A stretch of 64,000 nt of DNA. It comes from Mobula hypostoma (Eukaryota). This document shows, piece after piece, positions 1-12,826 of this stretch (its first letter is position 1; each line of letters begins with the position of its first letter). The DNA lies in NCBI RefSeq assembly GCF_963921235.1, contig NC_086097.1, positions 243,042,001 through 243,106,000 of the forward strand. The letters are read 5' to 3'. The position numbers and the translations under genes are program-made. Under the pieces are notes generated by a model. The model was not told where the DNA came from. It ran no database searches and saw only the letters and a list, made by a program, of their open reading frames with translations.

Positions 1-466
1 CTGCAGAGGGTTGTAAATCTAGTCAGCTCCATCTTGGGTACTAGCCTACAAAGTACCCAAGACATCTTCAGGGAGCAGTGTCTCAGAAAGGCAGCATCCA
101 TTATTAAGGACCTCCAGCACCCAGGGCATGCCCTTTTCTCACTGTTACCATCAGGTAGGAGATACAGAAGCCTGATGGCACACACTCAGCGATTCAGGAA
201 CAGCCTCTTTCCCTCTGTCATCCGATTCCTAAATGGACATTGAATCCTTGGACACTACCTCACTTTTTTAATATATATTATTTCTGTTTTTTTGCATGAT
301 TTTTAATCTATTCAATATATGTATACTGTAATTGATTTACTTATTTATTTATTATTATTATTTTTTCCCTTCTAGATTATGTATTGTATTGAACTGCTGC
401 TGCTAAGTTAACAAATTTCACGTCACATGCCAGTGATAATAAACTTGATTCTGATTCTGATTCTGA
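1..466 (+). mobile_element. Rex-Babar-like LINE, 3' fragment
   Basis: ORF 34-243 KAASIIKDLQHPGHALFSLLPSGRRYRSL...FRNSLFPSVIRFLN is a typical RT C-terminus; AT-rich 3' UTR ends in (TTCTGA)n. Near-identical copy on the minus strand at ~50816-51378. Confidence 0.75.
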
Positions 467-469
467 CAA

Positions 470-562
470 TCACACACATACATAAACACACACACACCTA
501 AACTCACACACACACACACATACACAACCACACAGACAGACACACACACACACACGCACACA
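470..562. repeat. imperfect (CA)n microsatellite
   Basis: Directly visible. Confidence 0.9.
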
Positions 563-1427
563 TGAGGAACTCAGCAGTTCAGGTAGCATCTACAAGGGGG
601 AATAAACAGCCGACATTTCTGGCCGAGACCCTTCAGCATCCAACGTGTGCACAATCTCCTGTGTCTATGAATTACTTAAAACACAAAACATAATTTTCAA
701 GCAATTGTGAAAAACATCTTGGCATGAATGCCATCGATGTATGAAGTTTTACACAGTTAAGTGTTAACTTGAGAACAAATAAAGGCAGACAAAATATAAT
801 TTTGTTTACGCTTCATAAACACGACAAACGACATTCTTCTCATGCAAATAGTTGCATGTGATAGCCTCTTGAAACTTGTATGGTTTGCAGTTTCAGAAAG
901 GATATGCAATGCAATCTATATTCATCTCAATGAAACATTTGTTTGAATTTAGAAGAGTTATTGGAAATGTAAATACAGGAAGCTCTGGGTGTTTAAATCA
1001 GCTGAGCCCCATCTTTAACCATATAGTCCATTCCCCGCAGGACACAGCTCCACAAGCAGTCCCTGGTGAGGGTTTCTAATATCACCATTCTGCACAGGGA
1101 ATTCTAAACCCATCCATTTCATCCAGTTCCTGCAATGTGACTAAGCTTCTTGTGAAGTCAGACCATTGGTTCAGCGATCAGACTTTTAGTTGAAAGTATG
1201 CTAAAATGGACCCTTTAGTAGACCGTCCATTACTCCATTAACAAATACATAGTTCACGCTGTCATTCGAGATTGGAGATGGAGAGCTGTGGTTCATGTCT
1301 CTGCAAACATTCAGTGGTTGCGCTGTAGTTCTACAATTAGAAACAGCGATGGAAAGTTTATCTTTTAGGCCTCATCAATGTCAGTTTGTGTGACAAGCTT
1401 CAGAGTGACTCTTTCTGCCTTCCCCTA

Positions 1428-1826
1428 ACTGGAATTCAGAAGAATAAGGGGAGTGGTGGGATCTCATTGAAAGGCCTCGATATAATGGATGCGGAGAGAA
1501 TGGTGGGGAACTCTAGGACCAGAGGACACAGCCTCAGAAAGGAGGTATGTCCTCTTAAAACAGAGATGAGGAGGAATTTCTTTAGTCAGAGGGTGGTGAA
1601 TCAGTGGAATTCGCTGCCACAGGCAGTTGTGGAGGCAAGTCATTGGGTATATTAAATTCAGAGGTTGATAGATTCTTGATTAGTCAGAGCATGAAGGGGT
1701 ACAGAGGCAGGGAGGGCATGAAGGCAGGGGATTGAGGCTGAGAGGGAAATGGAGCAGCCATGATGAAATGGCAGAGCAGACTCGATGGGCTGAATGGCCT
1801 AATTCTGCTAATATACCTTATGGTTT
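1428..1826 (+). mobile_element. CR1 LINE 3' fragment
   Basis: SRTRGHSL...EMRRNFFSQRVVNQWNSLPQAVVEA, then the CR1 3' UTR (gatgggctgaatggcctaattctgct). Confidence 0.85.
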
Positions 1827-1956
1827 TAACCTCACAATCAATCTCGTTATGATCTTGTACCTTAATGACTACCTGCTCTGCACTCTCACAGTAACTGCTG
1901 CACTTTATTCAGATTCAGATTAATGTATTTATCGCAGGTGCATTGAAACATACAGT

Positions 1957-2310
1957 GACACACACAAGATGCTGGAGGAACTCGGCAAGGCAGGCAGCAT
2001 CCATGGGAAAGAACAAACAGTCGATGTTTCAGGACCAGACCCTTCATCAGGACTGCAGAAGAATGAGGAGTTAGGACAAGAAGGCCGGGGGGTGGGGAGG
2101 GAAGGAAGAAGTGCGATAGGTGATAGGTGAAACCAGGAGAGGGGGAGGGATGAGGTAAAGAATTGGGATGCTGAAAGGTGAAAGAGATAAAAGGTTGGAG
2201 AAGGGAGACTCTGATAGGAGAGGGTAGAAGACCATGGAAGAAAGGGAAGAGGGAGGAGCATCAGAGGGGCGGATGGGCGGATAAGGACATAAGGTGAGAG
2301 AGGGAAATGA
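1957..2310 (-). mobile_element. Penelope-like element terminal (pLTR) fragment
   Basis: Same terminus (gatgctgcctg...gagttcctccagcat..tgtgtgt) and purine-rich tract as the GIY-YIG-coding copies at 18158 and 21904. Confidence 0.75.
2018..2055 (-). ncRNA. minimal hammerhead ribozyme-like motif (degenerate cleavage site)
   Basis: Minus strand CAGTC-CTGATGA-AGGGTCTGGTCCT-GAAAC-ATC-GACTG; stem I CAGTC/GACTG. Confidence 0.6.
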
Positions 2311-2489
2311 TGAAATCTACAGTGAAATGTATCATTTTCATTAACCACCAACACCACCTGAAGGTATGCCTGCAAGTGTTGCCACGCATTCCAGTCCAAT
2401 AAACTTACCCATAATACTCAGCATTCTGCATTCTGTTATTGTTTTATCTTGTTCTACCTCAATACATGTGTAAGTGATCTGATACAGTC

Positions 2490-3140
2490 ACAGAGTCTTA
2501 GAAAAGTACAGAAAAGAAACAGGTCCTTCAACCCATCTAGTCCATGCTGAACCATTTAAACTGCCTACTTGCATCGATGGAGTTCACTGGGCCCATAGCC
2601 CTCCATATCATGACCATCCATGTACCTATCCAAACTTTTCTTAAACGTTGCAATCCAGCTTGCTTGCACTACTTGCGCAGGTAGCTTGTTCCACACTCTC
2701 ACCATCCTCTGAGTGGAAATGTTTCCCCTCATGTTTCCCTTCAAATTTTCACCCTTTCGCGCTTAACCCATGACCTCTAGTTGTAGTCCCACCCAACCAC
2801 AAAAGCCTGTCTGCCTTTACCCTATCCGTACCCCACACAATTTTCTATTAAATGTTGTCTCAATTTTCTACGTTCCAAGGAATAAAGTCTTAACCTATTC
2901 AATCTTTCTTTATAACTCAGGTCTCCCAGTCCCAGCAACATCCTTGTAGATTTTCTCTGTGCTTTTTCAACCTTATTTACATCTTTCCGGTAGGTAGGTG
3001 AACCAAACTGCTCACAATATTTCAAATTAGGCCTCACAAACGTCTTATACAACTTCAAAACAACATCCCATCTCCTGTATCCAATGCTTTCATTTACGAA
3101 GGCCGATGCACCAAAAGCTTCCTTTATGAACCTATCTATC
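2490..3140 (-). mobile_element. CR1 LINE 3' fragment
   Basis: ORF 2822-3058 LYKTFVRPNLKYC...RLRLYSLERR; appears to resume near 4100-4170. Confidence 0.85.
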
Positions 3141-3145
3141 TATAG

Positions 3146-4070
3146 CAATGTTCCCTCTAATTTGTAATGACCAGTGTGCACAAAAATCTGGTGCTGTGCA
3201 ATGTTTTTGTCCAAGTGGCAACAACATGTTGCCGATGCTGAGGATGTTCTATGAGTCTGTGGTGGCCAGTGCTATCATGTTTGCTGCTGTATGCTGGGGC
3301 AGCAGGCTGAGGGTGGCAGACACCAACAGAATCAACAAACTCATTCGTAAGGCCAGTGATGTTGTGGGGATGGAACTGGACTCTCTGACGGTGGTGTCTG
3401 AAAAGAGGATGCTGTCCGAGTTGCATGCCATCTTGGTCAATGTCTCCCATCCACTACATAATGTACTAGTTGGGCACAGGAGTACATTCAGCCAGAGACT
3501 CATTCCTCCAAGATGCAACACAGAGCGTCATAGGAAGTCATTCCTGCCTGTGGCCATCAAACTTTACAACTCCTCCCTTGGAGGGTCGGACACCCTGAGC
3601 CAATAGGCTGGTCCTGGACTTATTTCCTGGCATAATTTACATATTACTATTTAACTATTTATGGTTTTATTACTATTTATTATTTATGGTGCAACTGTAA
3701 CAAAAACCAATTTCCCCCAGGATCAATAAAGTATGACTATGACTATGACTATGTGTGCACTGAGTTTTTAAGTGGAAATAAACCTGAAGCTATTCCATGG
3801 TTAATAAACTCCCAAATCCAGTTCATTGCCTTCTGTATAGCAGTTTCTATTGTTTTGTTATGCCATTGTGCTTTAAATGAACTAGCAGTTCCTTTGTTTC
3901 TTTGGAATTCGACATAGTGAATCAATAATTTCTTCAGTAAAAACAGTATAAATAAGCCAGTTCTAAAATCTGCAGACAAGTTATCGCAGACTCCACGTTG
4001 TCAACACCGCCCACGTCAGAAACCGGGAAAGGAAATGAGACTCTGTACAATCATAAAATCATACCGATGA
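3146..4070. mobile_element. possible non-autonomous DNA transposon (hAT-like) remnant, split by Rex1
   Basis: Starts caatgttccctctaa, interrupts the CR1 and is interrupted by Rex1; no right TIR found. Confidence 0.3.
3230..3750 (+). mobile_element. Rex1-type LINE, 5'-truncated
   Basis: MLRMFYESVVASAIMFAAVCWGS...RHRKSFLPVAIKLYNSS*; aataaa plus (GACTAT)n tail; near-identical to copies at 5361 and 44111. Confidence 0.9.
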
Positions 4071-4133
4071 GGTAGAGAGTGACAACTTTTGAGCACACCT
4101 TCGAGGGATGCCACTTCAGTGAATTATGGACCT

Positions 4134-4269
4134 GTATTCCCGTACCCCTTTGTTCTGCCACACTCCTGTCTTCCCGTACCCCTTTGTTCTACCACACTCC
4201 CATATTTCCATATCCCTTTGTTCTACCACACTCCTGTATTCCCATATCCCTTTGTTCTACCACACTCCT
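4134..4269. repeat. 34-bp minisatellite x4 derived from CR1 RT sequence
   Basis: Unit gtattcccgtacccctttgttctgccacactcct repeated four times. Confidence 0.9.
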
Positions 4270-4619
4270 ATATGAACACTATGCAAGGCAAGCTTTTTCT
4301 GTATCCCAGTACATGTGACAGTCATAAGCCAATAATAACAACAACAATAAATGGTTTTCTCAGACTTTAAACTTGATTTTCCACCCAACATCTTATGCAT
4401 AACTGAGCACTCAATGGAAGAAAGCCAAAACCAAATCTCCATTACTCATCCTGGCAACGCTAATATTTTCGCTCTGGCTTTAGGTGATATTTGTAGTTAG
4501 GATTTAAAGATATATTGTTTAAGTCAAGGCATTAAAATGTATTTTTCTATCTTTATTCATATTCAATCTGTGAAGCAAAACTTTTATAAGGTGTTTGTGT
4601 GATGCCACTTATATTATAG

Positions 4620-4880
4620 ATCATAAGATATAGAATCAGAATTAGACTATTTGGCCCATCGAGTCTGCTCCTCCATTTCATCATGGCTGATCTATTTTTT
4701 ATCTCAGCCTCAATCTCCTGCCTTCTCTCCATATCCCTTCTTGCCCTGACCAATTAAGAATCTATCAACCTCTGCCTTAAATATACATAAAGACTTGGCC
4801 TCCACAGGCGCCTGTAGCAACAAATTCTGCAGATTCACCTCTCTCTGGCTAAAGAAGTTCCTCCTTATCTCTGTCCTAAA
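4620..4880 (-). mobile_element. CR1 3' end
   Basis: RTEIRRNFFSQREVNL...FKAEVDRFL plus CR1 3' UTR. Confidence 0.8.
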
Positions 4881-5247
4881 GTGAATATCAAAAGATCCCA
4901 AGATATATAACTCTTCAGTTTTGAACTGAATTTACCAGTGTTTCATAAGCAAATGACACCACATGTACAGTTGCTAATGGTTAGAGAGACATGAAAATAT
5001 CCAGCCTTCAGTCCAACATGCTGTCCACCAAATTGGTCCTAATTTCCTGTTCTGGACCATATCCCTCCCCTCTCCTCACCTTCATGTACCTATCATAGTA
5101 TTGAGCAGTATGGTAGAGTAGTGGTTAGTCATAGTCATAGTCATTGTCATACTTTATTGATCCTGAGGGAAATTGGGTAAATTGGGTAGCACAACACTTT
5201 ACATTATGGGCAATTCCTGCCTATCACCAACAATAGGTCTACAATGG

Positions 5248-7328
5248 ATAGAACATAGAACAGTACAGCACAGTACAGGCCCTTCAGCCGACAATGTTGT
5301 GCCGACCCTTAAACCCTGCCTCCCATATAACCCCCCCACTTTAAATTCCTCCATATACTTAGTCATAGTCATAGTTGTACTTTATTGATCCCAGGGGAAA
5401 TTGGTTTTCATTACAGTTGCACCATAAATAATTAAATAGTAATAAAACCATAAATAGTTAGATAGTAATATGTAAATTATGCCAGGAAATAGGTCCAGGA
5501 CCAGCCTATTGGCTCAGGGTGTCTGACCTTCCAAGGGAGGAGTTGTACAGTTTGATAGCCACAGGCGGGAATGACTTCCTATGACGCTCTGTGTTGCATC
5601 TCGGTGGAATGAGTCTCTGGCTGAATGTACTCCTGTGCCCACCCAGTACATTATGTAGTGGATGGGAGATATTGTCCAAGATGGCATGCAACTTAGACAG
5701 CATCCTCTTTTCAGACACCACCGTGAGAGAGTCCATTTCCCTCCCCACAACATCACTGGCCTTACGAATGAGTTTGTTGATTCTGCTGGTGTCTGCTACC
5801 CTCAGCCTGCTGCCCCAGCACACAACAGCAAACATGATCGCACTGGCCACCACAGACTTGTAGAACATCCTCAGCATCGTCCAGCAGATGTTAAAGGACC
5901 TCAGTCTCCTCAGGAAATAGAGATGGCTCTGGCCCTTCTTGTAGACAGCCTCAGTGTTCTTTGACCAGTCCAGTTTATTGTCAATTCGTATCCCCAGGTA
6001 TTTGTAATCCTCCACCATGTCCACACTGACCCCCTGGATGGAAAGAGGGGTCACCGGTACCTTAGCTCTCCTCAGGTCTACCACCAGCTCCTTAGTCTTT
6101 TTCACATTAAGCTGCAGATAATTCTGCTCACACCATGTGACAAAGTTTCCTACCGTAGCCCTGTACTCAGCCTCATCTCCCTTGCTGATGCATCCAACTA
6201 TGGCAGAGTCATCCGAAAACTTCTGAAGATGACAAGAATCTGTGCAGTAGTTGAAGTCCGAGGTGTAAATGGTGAAGAGAAAGGGAGACAAGACAAGACA
6301 AGACAAAGGGAGCCCCAGTGCTGCTGATCACTTTGTCGGACACACAGTGTTGCAAGTGCACGTACTGTGGAGTGCCAGTCAGGTAATCAAGAATCCATGA
6401 TACCAGAAAAGCATCTACCTGCATCGCTGTCAGCTTCTCCCCCAGCAGAGCAGGGCAGATGGTGTTGCACGCACTGGAGAAGTCAAAAAACATGACCCTC
6501 ACAATACTCACTGGCTTGTCCAGGTGGGTGTAGACACAGTTCAGCAGGTAGACGATGGCATCCTCAACTCCTAGTCGGGGCTGGTAGGTGAACTGGAGGG
6601 GATCTAAGTGTGGCCTGACCATAGGCCGGAGCAGCTCCAGAACAAGTCTCTCCAGGGTCTTCATGATGTGGGAGGTCAATGCCACCGGTCTGTAGTCATT
6701 GAGGCCGCTGGGGCGCGGCGTCTTCAGCACAGGGACGAGGCGGGACGTCTTCCACAGTACAGGAACCCTCCAGAGCCTCAGGCTCAGGTTGAATACATGG
6801 CGAAGTACTCCACATAGCTGAAGGGCACGGGCTTTGAGCACTCTGGTACTGACACCATCCGGTCCTGCAGCCTTGCTTGAGTTGAGATGTTTCAGCTGTC
6901 TTCTCACTTGTTCAGCTGTGAAGCCCACCGTGGTGGTTTCATGTGGGGAAGGGGTATAGTCATGAGACTTGTCTAGTAGTCTCTTAAATTTCACCAGTGT
7001 ATCTGCCTCCACCACTGACTCAGGCAGTGCATTCCACGCACCAACCACTCTTTGAGTAAAAAAACCTTCCTCTGATATCCCCCTTGAACTTCCCACCCCT
7101 TACCTTAAAGCTATGTCGTCTTGTACTAATCAGTGGTGCCCTGGGGAAGAGGTACTGGTTGTCCACTCTATCTATTCCTCTTAATATCTTGTGTACCTCT
7201 ATCATATCTCGTCTCATTCTCCTTCTTGCCAAAGAGTAAAGCCCTAGCTCCCTTAATCTCTGATCATAATGCATATTCTCTAAACCAGGCAGCATCCTGG
7301 TAAATCTCCTTTGTACCCTTTCCAATGC
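5248..7328 (-). mobile_element. CR1 3' fragment split by a Rex1 insertion
   Basis: 5248-5360 (tail, 3' UTR) joins 6967-7328 ([16 protein letters not shown]...); ACTT is present at both junctions. Confidence 0.85.
5361..6965 (-). mobile_element. Rex1-type LINE, 5'-truncated, with RT domain
   Basis: ORFs 6209-7096 and 5506-6306: KAAGPDG, DYRPVALTS, FFDFSSA, LQKFSDDSAIVG; frameshift at an (AGACA)n expansion near 6290; (GACTAT)n tail. Confidence 0.92.
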
Positions 7329-7334
7329 GATGGG

Positions 7335-7678
7335 TACGGTCTCATTTGCTCTCGTTCGACCTTGCATCACCTGGATAATAGTGATACCTGTGTCAGGCTG
7401 CTGTCTATTGACTACAGCTCAGTGTCCAACACAATCATACTCTCAGTTCTAATCAACAAGCTCCAAAACCTGACCATCTGTAACTCACTCTGGATCCTTG
7501 ACTTCCTCACAAAAAGAGCACAGTCTGTACAGATCGGAAATACCTCTGCCTCGTTGACAATTAAAACTGGCACACCTCCAGGATGTGTGCTTAGCCCACT
7601 GCTCCGCGCTCTCTACACTCGCAATAGTGTGGCTAGGCACAGCTCGAATGCCATCTATAAATTTGCAGAGGACACTAT
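7335..7678 (+). mobile_element. older Rex-Babar-like RT fragment
   Basis: [24 protein letters not shown]...[12 protein letters not shown]...YKFAED. Confidence 0.75.
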
Positions 7679-8450
7679 TAGAACATAGAACATAGAAAAC
7701 CTACGGCACAATACAGGCCCTTCAGCCCACAATGCTGTGCCAAATATATCCTTACTTAGAAATTACCTAGGGTTACCCATTGCCCTCTATTTTTCGAAGC
7801 TCCATGTATCTATACAGGTGTCTCTTAAAAGACCCTATCCTATCCGCCTCCACCACGGTTCCTGGCAGCCCATTCCACGCACTCACCACTCTCTGTGAAC
7901 CTACTTCCAAGCACCTTAAAACGGTGTCCTCTCATGTTAGCCATTTCAGCCCTGGAAAAAAGCCTCTGACTATCCACACGATCAAAGCCTCTCATCATTT
8001 TATATACCTCTATCAAGTCACCTCTCATCCTCCGACACTCAACCTATTCTCATAAGGCTTGCCCCCCCAATCCAAGCAATATCCTTGTAAATCTCCTCTG
8101 CACCCTTTCTATAGTTTCCACATCTTCCTATAGTGAGGTGACCAGAACTGAGCACCGTACTCCAAGTGGGGTCTGACCAGGGTCCTATATAGCTGTAACA
8201 TTACCTCTCAGCTCTTAAATTCAATCCCACGATTGTTGAAAGCCAATGCACCGTATGCCTTCTTAACTACAGCGTCAACCTGCGCAGTAGCTTTGAGTGT
8301 CCTATGGACTCGGACCCCAAGATCCCTCTGATCCTCCACACTGCCAAGAGTCTTACCATTAATACTATATTCTGCCATCATATTTGAACATAGAACATAG
8401 AATAGTACAGCACAGTACGGGCCCTTCGGCCCACAATGTTGTGCCGACCC

Positions 8451-11340
8451 TCAAACCCTGCCTCCCATATAAACCCCCACCTTACATTCCTCCATATATC
8501 TGTCTAGTAGCCTCTTAAACTTCACTAGTGTATCTGCCTCCACCACTGACTCAGGCAGTGCATTCCACGCACCAACCACCCTCTGAGTAAAAAACCTTCC
8601 TCTAATATCCCCCTTGAACTTCCCAACCCTTACTTTAAAGCCATGTCCTCTTGTATTGAGCAGTGGTGCCCTGGGGAAGAGGCGCTGGCTATCCACCTAT
8701 CTATTCCTCTTATTATCTTGTACACCTCTATCATCTCTCCTCTCATCCTTCTTCTCTCCAAAGAGTAAAGCCCTAGCTCCCTTAATCTTTGATCATAATG
8801 CATACTTTCTAAACCAGGCAGCATCCCGGTAAATCTCCTCTGTACCTTTTCCAATGCTTCTACATCCTTCCTATAGTGAGGCGACCAGAACTGGACACAG
8901 TACTCCAAGTGTGGCCTAACCAGAGTTTTATAGAGCTGCATCATTACATCGCGACTCTTAAACTCTATCCCTCGACTTACGAAAGCTAACACCCCATAAG
9001 CTTTCTTAACTACCCTATCCACCTGTGAGGCAACTTTCAGGGATCTGTGGACATGTACCCCGAGATCCCTCTGCTCCTCCACACGACCAAGTATCCTGCC
9101 ATTTACTTTGTACTCTGCCTTGGAGTTTGTCCTTCCAAAGTGTACCACCTCACACTTCTCCGGGTTGAACTCCATCTGCCACTTCTCAGCCCACTTCTGC
9201 ATCCTATCAATGTCTCTCTGCAATCTTTGACAATCCTCTACACTATCTACAACACCACCAACCTTTGTGTCATCTGCAAACTTGCCAACCCACCCTTCTA
9301 CCCCCACATCCAGGTCGTTAATAAAAATCACGAAAAGTAGAGGTCCCAGAACAGATCCTTGTGGGACACCACTAGTCACAATCCTCCAATCTGAATGTAC
9401 TCCCTCCACCACCACCCTCTGCTTTCTGCAGGCAAGCCAATTCTGAATCTACCTGGCCAAACTTCCCTGGATCCCATGCCTTCTAACTTTCTGAATAAGC
9501 TTACCATGTGGAACCTTGTCAAATGCCTTACTAAAATCCATATAGATCACATCCACTGCACTACCCTCATCTATATGCCTGGTCACCTCCTCAAAGAACT
9601 CTATCAGGCTTGTTAGACACGATCTGCCCTTCACAAAGCCATGCTGACTATCCCTGATCAGACCATAATTCTCTAAATGCCTATAGATCCTATCTCTAAG
9701 AATCTTTTCCAACAGCTTTCCCACCACAGACGTAAGGCTCACTGGTCTATAATTATCCGGACTATCCCTACTACCTTTTTTGAACAAGGGAACAACATTC
9801 GCATCCCTCCAATCCTCCGGTACCATTCTTGTGGACAACGAGGACATAAAGATCCTAGCCAGAGGCTCAGCAATCTCTTCTCTCGCCTCGTGGAGCAGCC
9901 TGGGGAATATTCCGTCAGGCCCCAGGGACTTATCTGTCCTAATGTATTTTAACAACTCCAACACCTCCTCTCCCTTAATATCAACATGCTCCAGAACGTC
10001 AACCTCACTCATATTGTCCTCACCATCATCAAGTTCCCTCTCATTGGTGAATACCGAAGAGGAGTATTCATTGAGGACCTGGCTCACTTCCACAGCCTCC
10101 AGGCACATCTTCCCACCTTTATCTCTAATCGGTCCTACCTTCACTCCTGTCATCCTTTTTTTCTTCACATAATTGAAGAATGCCTTGGGGTTTTCCTTTA
10201 CCCTACTCGCCAAGGCCTTCTCATGCCCCCTTCTTGCTCTTCTCAGCCCCTTCTTAAACTCCTTTCTTGCTTCCCTATATTCCTCAATAGACCCATCTGA
10301 TCCTTGCTTCCTAAACCTCATGTATGCTGCCTTCTTCCACTTAACTAGATTTTCCACCTCACTTGTCACCCATGGTTCCTTCACCCTACCATTCTTTATC
10401 TTCCTCACTGGGACAAATTTATCCCTTACATCCTGCAAAAGATCTATAAACATCCACCACATGTCCATAGTACATTTCCCTGCAAAAACATCATCCCAAT
10501 TCACACCCACAAGTTCAAGCCTTAAAGCCTCATAATTTGCCTTTCCCCAATTAAAAATTTTCCTGTCCGCTCTGATTCTATCCTTTTCCATGATAATGCT
10601 AAAGGCCAGGGAGCGGTGGTCACTGTCCCCCAGACGCTTGCCCACTGAGAGATCTGTGACCTGACCCGGTTCATTACCTAGTACTAGATCTAGTATGGCA
10701 TTCCCCCGGTCGACCTGACCACATACTGTGACAGGAATCCATCCTGGACACACTTAACAAATTCTGCCCCATCTAAACCCTTGGAACTAATCAGGTGCCA
10801 ATCTATATTAGGGAAGTTAAAGTCACCCATGATAACAACCCTGTTATTTTTGCACCTTTCCAAAATCTGCCTCCCAATCTGCTCCTCTGTATCTCTGCTG
10901 CTACCAGGGGGCCTATAGAATACCCCCAATAGAGTAACTGCTCCCTTCCTGTTCCTGACTTCCACCCATATTGACTCAAAGGAGGATCCTGCTACATTAC
11001 CCACCATTTCTGTAGCTGTAATAGTATCCCTGACCAGTAATGCCATCCCTCCTCCCCTCTTTCCGCCCTCTCTATCCTGTTTAAAGCACTGAAGTCCAGG
11101 AATATTGAGAATCCATTCCTGCCCTGGTGCCAGCCAAGTCTCTGTAATAGCCACTACATCATAATTCCATGTATGTATCCAACCTCTCGGGTCATCACCT
11201 TTGTTCCTGATGCTTCTTGCATTGAGGTACACACATTTCAGCCCTTCTGCCTTACTGTCTTTACACTGTTTATTTCGCTTCTCTTTCCTCAAAGCCTCTC
11301 TGTATGTTAGATCTGGCTTTACTCCATGCACTTCTTTCAC
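8451..11340 (-). pseudogene. CR1 ORF2 (APE endonuclease + reverse transcriptase), disrupted
   Basis: YLNARS, ITETW, YRPP, MGDFN, ILDLVL, SDH; YMDFSKAFDKVPH, GVPQGSVLGP, KFADDTK. Split into four ORF pieces by frameshifts (~10700, ~8690) and a stop (9449). Confidence 0.93.
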
Positions 11341-11375
11341 TGCTCTATCGCTCTGGGTCCCATCCCCCTCGCAAA

Positions 11376-12317
11376 TTAGTTTAAACCCTCCCGAACCATG
11401 CTAGTAAACCTACCTGCAAGGATATTGCTCCCCCTCGAGTTCAGGTGCAACCCATCCAATCTGTACAGGTCCCACCTTCCCCAGAAGAGATCTCAATGAT
11501 CTAAAAATCTAAAACCCTGCTCCCTGCGCCGACTCCTCAGCCACGCATTCAACTGCCATCTCCTCCAATTCTTACCATCTCTGTCACGTAGCACTGGCAG
11601 CAATCCTGAGAACGTCACCCTTGAGGTCCTGTTCCTCAGCTTTCTGCCTAATTCCCGAAATTCACACTTCAGGACCTCATCCCTCTTCCTGCATATGTCA
11701 TTGGTCCCAACATGTATCACGACTTCTGGTTGCTTTTCCTCTCGTACCAGGATGTCGTGCACCTGGTCAGAGACATCCCGGACCCTGGCACCCGGGAGGC
11801 AACAAACCATGCGGGTATCCTTCTCACGTCCACAAAATCTCCTGTCTGCTCCCCTGACTATAGAGTCTCCAATGACGACAGCTCTCCTCTTCTCCGTCCC
11901 ACCCTTCTGCACCACAGGGTCAGACTCAGTGCCGGAGGCCCTGCCACCGTCGCTCACACCTGGTCGGTTGTCCCCGCCAACAGTATCCAGGACGGTAAAC
12001 TTATTATTCAGGGGAATGGCTACAGGGGTGCTCTGCACTACCTGTCTGCTCACCTTGGCTTTCCCCCCTCTGACTGTCACCCAACGACCTGCTTCCGACA
12101 GCCTAGGTGTGACTACCTCCCTGTAGCTCTCATCTATGACTGCCTCATTCTCCCTTATGAGTCGAAGGTCATTCAGCTGCTGCTCCAGATTCCTTACATG
12201 GTCTTCCAGATCGCCCAGCCGTATGCACCTCTGGCAGATATGACTCTGCGGGAGAGGGGCGTTCCCCTAAGACTGCCACATCTCACATGAGAGGCACATC
12301 ACCGTCTCAGGAGACAT
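11376..12317 (-). pseudogene. CR1 ORF1 (zinc finger, coiled coil, SGNH esterase-like), two premature stops
   Basis: MSPETVMCLSCEMWQS*...HICQRC...LEQQLNDLRLIRENE...VIGDSIVRG...HVGTND...EGLN*; 314 codons in one frame. Confidence 0.88.
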
Positions 12318-12370
12318 TGTAAAAACTAACTGCGAGCTAGCTTGTCCTCCGCCTCTTCTTGTCGAAACTT

Positions 12371-12826
12371 CTCGAGTCAAAGCCTCAAAGCTCCACTCCT
12401 TCACTGGCCCACTCACGCTCTGGCCGCTTCGCTTGAGCTATCCCTCTATATATCTGTTTGAGCTTTTCAAAATGTTTGGTCACCTGACCTCGACTGCCCA
12501 ATCAGCTGCTTTCTGCTGAGTCTGAGCTATTCAAATCTTGATTGTCTAATCAACGGCTTTCTGCTGATCTATTCAAATCTTGATTGACTTGATCGCACAG
12601 ACCAACTGCCAAAATTGCCAGAATCTCTCGAGTCAAAGCCTCAAAGCTCCACTCCTTCACTGGCCCACTCACGAACTGGCCGCTTCGCTTGAGCTATCCC
12701 TCTATTTAGCTGTTTGAGCTTTTCAAAATGTTTGGTCACCTGACCTCAACTGCCCAATCAGCTGCTTTCTGCTGAGTCTGAGCTATTCAAACCTTGATTG
12801 TCTAATCAATGGCTTTCTGCTGATCT
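12371..12826 (-). repeat. 256-bp tandem monomers (~1.8 copies) at the CR1 5' end
   Basis: ctcgagtcaaagcctcaaagctcc... starts at both 12371 and 12627; the copies are nearly identical. Confidence 0.9.

Larger units (their letters stand above)
8386..12826 (-). mobile_element. near full-length CR1 LINE (5' UTR, ORF1, ORF2, 3' tail)
   Basis: Tandem 5' repeats, ORF1, APE-RT ORF2, 3' UTR and (TTCTATG)n tail are all colinear. Confidence 0.95.

Noticed and set aside
700..1420. Coding exon in the unique stretch (also 26510-26980 and 29200-29510)
   Set aside because: Only short open frames, with no recognisable domain and no convincing paired splice sites.
4134..4269. CRISPR-like array (34-bp repeats)
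   Set aside because: Units are contiguous with no spacers, derive from CR1, and the context is eukaryotic with no cas genes.
6209..7096. 295-aa ORF as an intact gene
   Set aside because: Chimera reading from CR1 into the inserted Rex1 across the junction near 6966.
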